Shown here: positions 58,617 to 64,000 of the stretch, piece after piece
Layout: the number at the start of each line of letters is the position of its first letter
Position numbering within the stretch: the stretch's first letter is position 1
The notes under the pieces: model-generated
Seen by the model: the letters and a program-made list of their open reading frames with translations, nothing else
The model's database searches: none
Told to the model about the DNA's origin: nothing
Origin: a bacterium
GTDB lineage: Bacteria > CG03
Length of the DNA: 64,000 bases
Reading direction: 5' to 3'
Assembly: GCA_043825615.1 (NCBI GenBank)
Contig: JBDRRS010000012.1
Location: 1 to 64,000 of the forward strand
Translations under genes and position numbers: made by a program

Positions 58617-59318
58617 TTAATTCTTAAAACTCCTCATAAACTTTGCAGCATTAGGACCCTCATTAAAAATTAAATCAATAATACTTACATTATGTTCAAA
58701 CGGTGGATATAATTGATTATATTCTTGGTAGTCTGAATAATCAAACCAGGTTAATTTAATTTTTTCCTGCTTAAAAAGTTCTTCCTCAATATAATCTTTT
58801 GCTGCTGTACCGGAAATATATTCTGTTGCTCCCACTTTTTTACAAATATGTAATAACGCCTTAGTTTTGCATTCTGTTTTTTCGTAATCATTTAACCAAG
58901 ATATTTGAGTAGCAATATTAAGTATTTTGTTGATAACTTTGATAAACTTATAATTGATTTGACTTAGATATTTTTCGTTACTGCTCAAATATAAATCCTC
59001 GAACAACTTTTTATAATCTTTAAAATATTTTGCTTTTGAATAATTTTGCAATATCTTATTCCAGTGTCTTTTGCCCCAATCTTTCTGAGCAATTTTTGTT
59101 TCATTGATTTTTTGAAAGTATTTACCTTTTACTTCCACAGGTATCGTAAGCCATCTTAAACCTTCCGGGGTTTTTATTTTATTTCTATTTCTCCAATCTC
59201 TTTGTGTATATTGCACATTATCATATAAAATAAATTCATTCACCCTATTTATAATATCAAAATATCCCTTCCACGGGATATAATTTGATTGTATAATTGC
59301 TATTTTTTTGTCTTTCAT
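58617..59318 (-). CDS. WbqC-family protein
   Basis: N-terminal IIQSNYIPWKGYFD signature. Confidence 0.7.
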   Translation of the reverse strand: MKDKKIAIIQSNYIPWKGYFDIINRVNEFILYDNVQYTQRDWRNRNKIKTPEGLRWLTIPVEVKGKYFQKINETKIAQKDWGKRHWNKILQNYSKAKYFKDYKKLFEDLYLSSNEKYLSQINYKFIKVINKILNIATQISWLNDYEKTECKTKALLHICKKVGATEYISGTAAKDYIEEELFKQEKIKLTWFDYSDYQEYNQLYPPFEHNVSIIDLIFNEGPNAAKFMRSFKN

Positions 59319-59356
59319 TCTAAAATTAATATCCTTTATATTTTATATTTGAATAA

Positions 59357-60214
59357 TTACTTTCTGATCTTTAATATCGGCCTTAACCCGTCTTTAGTAT
59401 CAGCCCTCCATTCTCTTTCAGCTAACTCAATTCCAGCGGGTTCTTTTAAACCCGTACCGTCAGCAGTAAAACTTTCTCTTATGTCTTTTATAACCGCGCC
59501 GATTTTATGAGGCAGCCAGCAGTGCCCCGATTTAAATTCCTCGCCTTCTCCGTCCAGATCCAGATGAAACTCTACAATCCGCGCCTGCCATCTGCACACG
59601 GCTCGCCATATAACATTTTCTTTAACCGTATGATCGGACCAGCCGACGGGACAATTAAATTTATCGGCGAGTGTCTTTATCGCCGCTAAATTACAGTCTT
59701 TGACCGGAACAGGGTAAGACGAAACACAATGAAGAAGAGACATGTCTTCACAGCCCGAATCCCGCAAGACCCGCACCGCTTTTTCAACCTCTTTTAACGT
59801 GGCCATGCCCGTTGATAGAATAATCGGTTTCCCCGTTTTCGCGCATTTCTTCAGCAAATCATCCCACAGCAATTCGTAAGATGCTATTTTATAAAAATCT
59901 ACATACGGCAATAATTCATCCACAGCATCCAGATAGAAAGGAGTGCATGAAAACTCTATACCTTCGTTTTTACATGCCTGGGCTAATTCGGGCAGAAAAG
60001 CGACGGGAAGCTCCCATTGCTTTCTTTTCTGAATTTCTTTGTTTTTTTTGACAATTTCCGGCGCGAAAAGTTTATCTATTTTGAATAATTGAAATTTTAC
60101 CGCATCGCAGCCTATTTCCGCCGCTGTTTTAATAAACCTTAAGCATCTTTTCAAATCCCGATTATGATTGCTTGAAACTTCGGCTATAAATTTTACAGAA
60201 TTTTTATTTCGCAT
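59357..60214 (-). CDS. NeuB/PseI-family nonulosonic acid synthase, short form without the C-terminal SAF domain
   Basis: VKFIAEVSSNHNRDL...DAVKFQLF TIM-barrel motif; 285 aa. Confidence 0.75.
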   Translation of the reverse strand: MRNKNSVKFIAEVSSNHNRDLKRCLRFIKTAAEIGCDAVKFQLFKIDKLFAPEIVKKNKEIQKRKQWELPVAFLPELAQACKNEGIEFSCTPFYLDAVDELLPYVDFYKIASYELLWDDLLKKCAKTGKPIILSTGMATLKEVEKAVRVLRDSGCEDMSLLHCVSSYPVPVKDCNLAAIKTLADKFNCPVGWSDHTVKENVIWRAVCRWQARIVEFHLDLDGEGEEFKSGHCWLPHKIGAVIKDIRESFTADGTGLKEPAGIELAEREWRADTKDGLRPILKIRK

Positions 60215-61373
60215 TTTTCAGAACAATCCTCCTGAAAACTTTTATCACATAATTCTGCGATTTCTTATCCAGTGATGGAAAAATGGGCAGACTGATACAT
60301 TCTCCGTAATATTTTTCTGCGTTTTTTAGGAAAACATTTTTACAAATATACTTTTTATAATACGGTTGTTGGTGTATCGGGATGTAATGCACTTGTGGGA
60401 ATATTCCGGCTTTATTTAAATTTGCGAATAGTTCTTTTCTGTTAATTTTCAGTTTTTCAAATTTTACGCGCAGCACATACAAATGCCATGAATGTTTTTT
60501 ATCCTTCTTGGTATATTCGGGCAATCCGACAAATTTACTAATCTCTCTAAATGCTTCATTATATCTTCCGGCAATTTGCCGCCGCCGGGCTACGAATTTA
60601 TCTATTTTTTCAAGCTGGCTGATTCCCAAAGCGCATTGAAAATCCGTAATCCGGTAATTAAAACCCAAATCCCTCATTTCATAATACCACTGACCTTTTT
60701 TTGCCGTGGAACTGTCTTTGTAAATTCCGTGGGTTTTTAACGCTTTTAATTTTCTATAAAGTTTTTGACTGTTTGTGGTAATAGCTCCGCCCTCACCCGT
60801 CGTGATATGCTTAACCGGATGAAAACTGAAAACCGTCATATCGGAATATCTGCAATTTCCAACTTTTTCCCATTGTCCGTTGATTTTATACTCGGCACCC
60901 AAAGCATGACAGGCATCCTCAATAATCATAATCTTATTTTTTTCAGCTATAAAGAATATTTCCTTCATGTCACAAGGGCACCCCGCGAAATGGACAGGAA
61001 CAATCGCTTTTGTTTTATTTACGATTTTGCTTTTTATCTTTTCGGGAGAAATGTTTGCGCTATCATAATCAATATCGGCAAATATCGGTTTCGCTCCCAC
61101 ATATAAAGCGGCATTCGCCGTTGACAGAAAAGTAATCGGCGTCGTTATAATCTCATCACCTTTTCCAAAGCCCGCCGCGAGATAAGCCAAATGAAGCGCC
61201 GCTGTGCCTGATGAAACGGCAACCGCATATTTCGCGCCGCAGAATTTCGCAAGTTTTGTCTCAAATCCCTCAATTTTAGGACCTTGCGTAAGCCAGTCAG
61301 AGCTCAAAACCGCCATTACCGCCTTTATGTCCTCTTTGTCTATGTGCTGTTTTCCGTAAGGAATTTTATTCAT
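60204..61373 (-). CDS. DegT-family aminotransferase, PseC-like; the start is taken at the Met at 61373 (MNKIPYGKQ), which overlaps the pseB stop by ATGA
   Basis: IPYGKQHI...TTPITF motifs typical of PseC/ArnB-like enzymes. Confidence 0.8.
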   Translation of the reverse strand: MNKIPYGKQHIDKEDIKAVMAVLSSDWLTQGPKIEGFETKLAKFCGAKYAVAVSSGTAALHLAYLAAGFGKGDEIITTPITFLSTANAALYVGAKPIFADIDYDSANISPEKIKSKIVNKTKAIVPVHFAGCPCDMKEIFFIAEKNKIMIIEDACHALGAEYKINGQWEKVGNCRYSDMTVFSFHPVKHITTGEGGAITTNSQKLYRKLKALKTHGIYKDSSTAKKGQWYYEMRDLGFNYRITDFQCALGISQLEKIDKFVARRRQIAGRYNEAFREISKFVGLPEYTKKDKKHSWHLYVLRVKFEKLKINRKELFANLNKAGIFPQVHYIPIHQQPYYKKYICKNVFLKNAEKYYGECISLPIFPSLDKKSQNYVIKVFRRIVLKNAK

Positions 61374-62356
61374 CAATATTTTTCTTTCTTTGCCATGGCT
61401 TTTAAATCGTTTACCGTCAGCCATTTCGTATTGTTATCGCTTCTGTAACCTTTAAACCCAATTCCTAAATATTTGCCTTCTTTCGCCTTCTTTTTCAACC
61501 GTTTCACAACCCGCGCATATATCGCATATTTATCTTTAAATTCATAACTGAATGGTCCATCGTCCTCACTTAGAAGCGTTTCATTCAGTTTCTCACCGGG
61601 ACGAATTCCTATTATATCCTGCCGGCAGTCAGGACAGATGGCTTTAGCGAGGTCCGTTACTTTCATGCTAGGAATTTTGGGGATAAAAATCTCTCCGCCT
61701 ACCATATCTTTCAGACATGATAACACAAAATTAACACCCTGTTCCAAAGTTATCCAGAATCGTGTCATTCGCTCATCAGTAATAGGCACTACCCTTTTCT
61801 TTCTGCATTCCTTAAAAAACGGCACGACACTGCCCCTCGAACCAAAAACATTGCCATACCTGACAACACTGAACTTTGTTCCCCGCGGTGAATAATTATT
61901 CGCCGCAACAAACATTTTCTCTGCGCAAAGCTTTGTCGCTCCGTAAAGATTAATAGGATTCGCCGCCTTATCTGTACTGAGAGCAATAACTTTTTTGACA
62001 CCGTTGTCTATCGCAACATTTATAACATTTTCCGCACCCATTATATTTGTCTTTACCGCCTCAAACGGATTGTACTCCGCCGTCGGCACAATTTTCAAAG
62101 CCGCAGCATGAATAACAATATCAACGCCGTTAAATGCCCGATGCAGCCTGTCGGCATCTCTGACATTCCCTACAAAATACCTTAAATTCCTGTATTTAGC
62201 ATCACTAAATTCCTTTCTCATTTCATATTGCTTCATTTCATCCCTGCTGAATATTATCAATTTCTTTGGTTTATATTTCCTAAGAACTATTTCTGTAAAT
62301 TTCTTACCGAATGAACCTGTTCCCCCTGTTATCAAAATGACTTTACCATTTAACAC
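61373..62356 (-). CDS. pseB: UDP-N-acetylglucosamine 4,6-dehydratase (inverting), PseB/FlaA1/CapD family
   Basis: MLNGKVILITGGTGSFGKKF...YGATKLCAEK, the YxxxK short-chain dehydratase. Confidence 0.85.
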   Translation of the reverse strand: MLNGKVILITGGTGSFGKKFTEIVLRKYKPKKLIIFSRDEMKQYEMRKEFSDAKYRNLRYFVGNVRDADRLHRAFNGVDIVIHAAALKIVPTAEYNPFEAVKTNIMGAENVINVAIDNGVKKVIALSTDKAANPINLYGATKLCAEKMFVAANNYSPRGTKFSVVRYGNVFGSRGSVVPFFKECRKKRVVPITDERMTRFWITLEQGVNFVLSCLKDMVGGEIFIPKIPSMKVTDLAKAICPDCRQDIIGIRPGEKLNETLLSEDDGPFSYEFKDKYAIYARVVKRLKKKAKEGKYLGIGFKGYRSDNNTKWLTVNDLKAMAKKEKY

Positions 62357-62583
62357 AATATCCTCCTCTTTTTTACAAACTGCGACTCAAAACTTCCACT
62401 ATCCTGACTGCCAATTTTTACACCGGACATTTTGTCCGAATCAGAAATGTCTATAACTATTTTCCCGACGCGGGTACTGCCGAAAGCGGCGATTGTCTTG
62501 ATTATTTCTTTCCATTCGCCGGCGGATTTTTTAAATTCCAGCGTTTCCGATTCGCCTTGTAAAACCAGTTTTCTCAAATCCAT
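62350..62583 (-). pseudogene. Fragment of an AlbA_2 (divergent AAA/Schlafen-like DNA-binding) domain protein
   Basis: 77 aa beginning ...ESETLEFKKS..., the AlbA_2 N-terminal motif, with no downstream domains. Confidence 0.3.
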
Positions 62584-62586
62584 TTT

Positions 62587-63663
62587 TTATTTCTTCGGGA
62601 CTTCCAACTCCCGCACATAGTTTTCATAGTACATTTTCAGGCCGGTTTCAATATTTATGCGGCTCTGCCAGCCGAGATTTTTCAGTTGTGATACATCCAA
62701 AAGTTTGCGCGGAGTGCCGTCGAGTTTCGAGAGGTCTTTTTTTATTTTCCCTTTGAAACCGACCACGTTTTTTATTATTTCGGCATATTCGGCTATTGTT
62801 TTATCCCGCCCGCAGCCGATGTTTACGAATTCACCGATTTCCTTACAGCCGTATTTTCCCATAAGAAAAACACACGCATCGGCGAGGTCGTCGGAATATA
62901 GAAACTCTCTGTAAGGTTTCCCTGTTCCCCAAATCGTAACATAATCTTTCGTTATGCCTGTTTCCCCTAATATCCCATCAATGGAGTTTCTGTCGGTTAT
63001 GTCTATTCGCTCGTCGCGGCCGCTTCCGAGCGGATACTTTTTTATATCAGCCGCTATCGCGTCGTAATTCTCATCTGAAAGCATTTTTGCAAGATGAAAT
63101 TTTCTTATCAGCATGGGGAGTACATGCGCTGTTTCCAGATTGAAGTTATCATTTGGACCGTAAAGATTTGTCGGCATCACGGAAATATAATCCGTACCAT
63201 ACTGCTCATTATAATGTCTGCACAACTTAATCGCGGCTATTTTTGCTACGGCATACGGCTCGTTTGTGGGTTCCAGCAAACCTGTCAATAAATACTCTTC
63301 TTTCAAGGGCTGGGGAGCAAGTTTCGGATATATGCACGATGAACCGAGATTTAAAAGTTTTTTAACGCCGTATTTATACGCCGAATTTATCACATTCGCG
63401 GCAATCATTATGTTTTCATAAATGAACTGCGCCGTATATGTGCTGTTGGCGAGGATTCCGCCGACTTTTGCGGCGGCAAGAAAAACATATTCCGGTTTTT
63501 CTCTTTCAAAAAAACTCTCCACTTCCGCCTGTCTGGTAAGGTCCAATTCTTCAAAATTACGGTGAACAAGATTGATATACCCCTTGCCTTTTAAATTCCT
63601 TACGAGCGCGGTGCCCACAAGCCCCGTATGGCCTGCTATATAAATTTTTGAGTTCTTATTCAC
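62587..63663 (-). CDS. fcl: GDP-L-fucose synthase (GDP-4-keto-6-deoxymannose 3,5-epimerase/4-reductase)
   Basis: IYIAGHTGLVG ... YAVAKIA core motifs. Confidence 0.85.
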   Translation of the reverse strand: MNKNSKIYIAGHTGLVGTALVRNLKGKGYINLVHRNFEELDLTRQAEVESFFEREKPEYVFLAAAKVGGILANSTYTAQFIYENIMIAANVINSAYKYGVKKLLNLGSSCIYPKLAPQPLKEEYLLTGLLEPTNEPYAVAKIAAIKLCRHYNEQYGTDYISVMPTNLYGPNDNFNLETAHVLPMLIRKFHLAKMLSDENYDAIAADIKKYPLGSGRDERIDITDRNSIDGILGETGITKDYVTIWGTGKPYREFLYSDDLADACVFLMGKYGCKEIGEFVNIGCGRDKTIAEYAEIIKNVVGFKGKIKKDLSKLDGTPRKLLDVSQLKNLGWQSRINIETGLKMYYENYVRELEVPKK

Positions 63664-63681
63664 AATTTACCTTTCATCTTT

Positions 63682-64000
63682 TCATTCCTCGCTTCGGGAA
63701 TTGAAAGAAACCCGGTGCTCCGTATAGCCGAAGCCCTTCTCCTTTGAAACTTTAATGCCTGCGCCGGCAGGCACGAGGCCTGTTGTTTTCATATCATAAT
63801 CAATCATGATTTTAACAAGTTCCCCAAAAGAAACCCGAGGCTGCCAGCCGAGAACCTTTTTCGCCTTCGTTATATCCGCTTTAAGATTGTCAACCTCCGT
63901 CGGGCGAAAATATTTAGGGTCGATTTCAATTATGACGTCTCCCGTTTTTAAAGTTTCCTCTCGGCCTTTTTCCAAACTTTTTATAATGCCCCGTTCTTTT
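63682..64000 (-). CDS. gmd: GDP-mannose 4,6-dehydratase, C-terminal part; the gene continues past the window end
   Basis: C-terminal ...[28 protein letters not shown]... matches the Gmd C-terminus. Confidence 0.8.
   Translation of the reverse strand, partial: KERGIIKSLEKGREETLKTGDVIIEIDPKYFRPTEVDNLKADITKAKKVLGWQPRVSFGELVKIMIDYDMKTTGLVPAGAGIKVSKEKGFGYTEHRVSFNSRSEE

Noticed and set aside
1-64000. Search for CRISPR arrays, rRNA genes, IS elements with terminal inverted repeats and phage structural genes
   Set aside because: The window contains no regularly spaced direct repeats, no rRNA-like segments and no transposase or phage capsid/tail ORFs. The only mobile-element-like content is the recombinase and GIY-YIG region at 1-2400.

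Overview
The window reads as a chromosomal segment from a moderately low-GC bacterium, with nearly all genes on the minus strand; ndk is the only clear plus-strand gene.

Positions 1-2400 are a tRNA-Pro(CGG) hotspot. A large serine recombinase gene lies between two inverted, ~98% identical copies of about 203 bp, each containing the 3' part of tRNA-Pro plus its downstream terminator-like hairpin. Next to it sits a small GIY-YIG endonuclease gene, bracketed exactly by two 78-bp direct repeats derived from the tRNA-Pro 5' half.

Positions 2.4-22 kb carry housekeeping and envelope genes: a MerR-type regulator, an HU/IHF protein, gpsA, an SPFH protein, an MGMT-like domain protein, two pilT paralogs, a metallophosphoesterase, glgA, a HIT protein, two tandem PilZ genes, ndk, FecR-like and LPP20-like lipoproteins, an inositol monophosphatase and an MBL-fold hydrolase.

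From about 22.2 kb to the end of the window (over 41 kb) there is one co-directional glycan biosynthesis locus. It encodes a pseudaminic/legionaminic-like nonulosonic acid pathway (PseB, two DegT aminotransferases, a NeuB-family synthase, PseG-like, a cytidylyltransferase, a PglD/NeuD-type acetyltransferase, WbqC) and GDP-fucose genes (fcl, partial gmd). It also has an AsnB-type amidotransferase, a Wzx flippase, a Wzy/O-antigen-ligase-like protein, at least seven glycosyltransferases, at least eight SAM methyltransferases and a radical SAM/SPASM enzyme. An unusual sub-cluster combines three ATP-grasp ligases, a fructose-6-phosphate aldolase/transaldolase, an SDR, an aldo-keto reductase and a class-III aminotransferase.

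The locus contains poly-G tracts of 10, 12 and 7 residues in coding regions, and the G10 tract frameshifts a methyltransferase. It also contains gene remnants, and by eye its core is more AT-rich than its flanks. No CRISPR array or rRNA gene is present.
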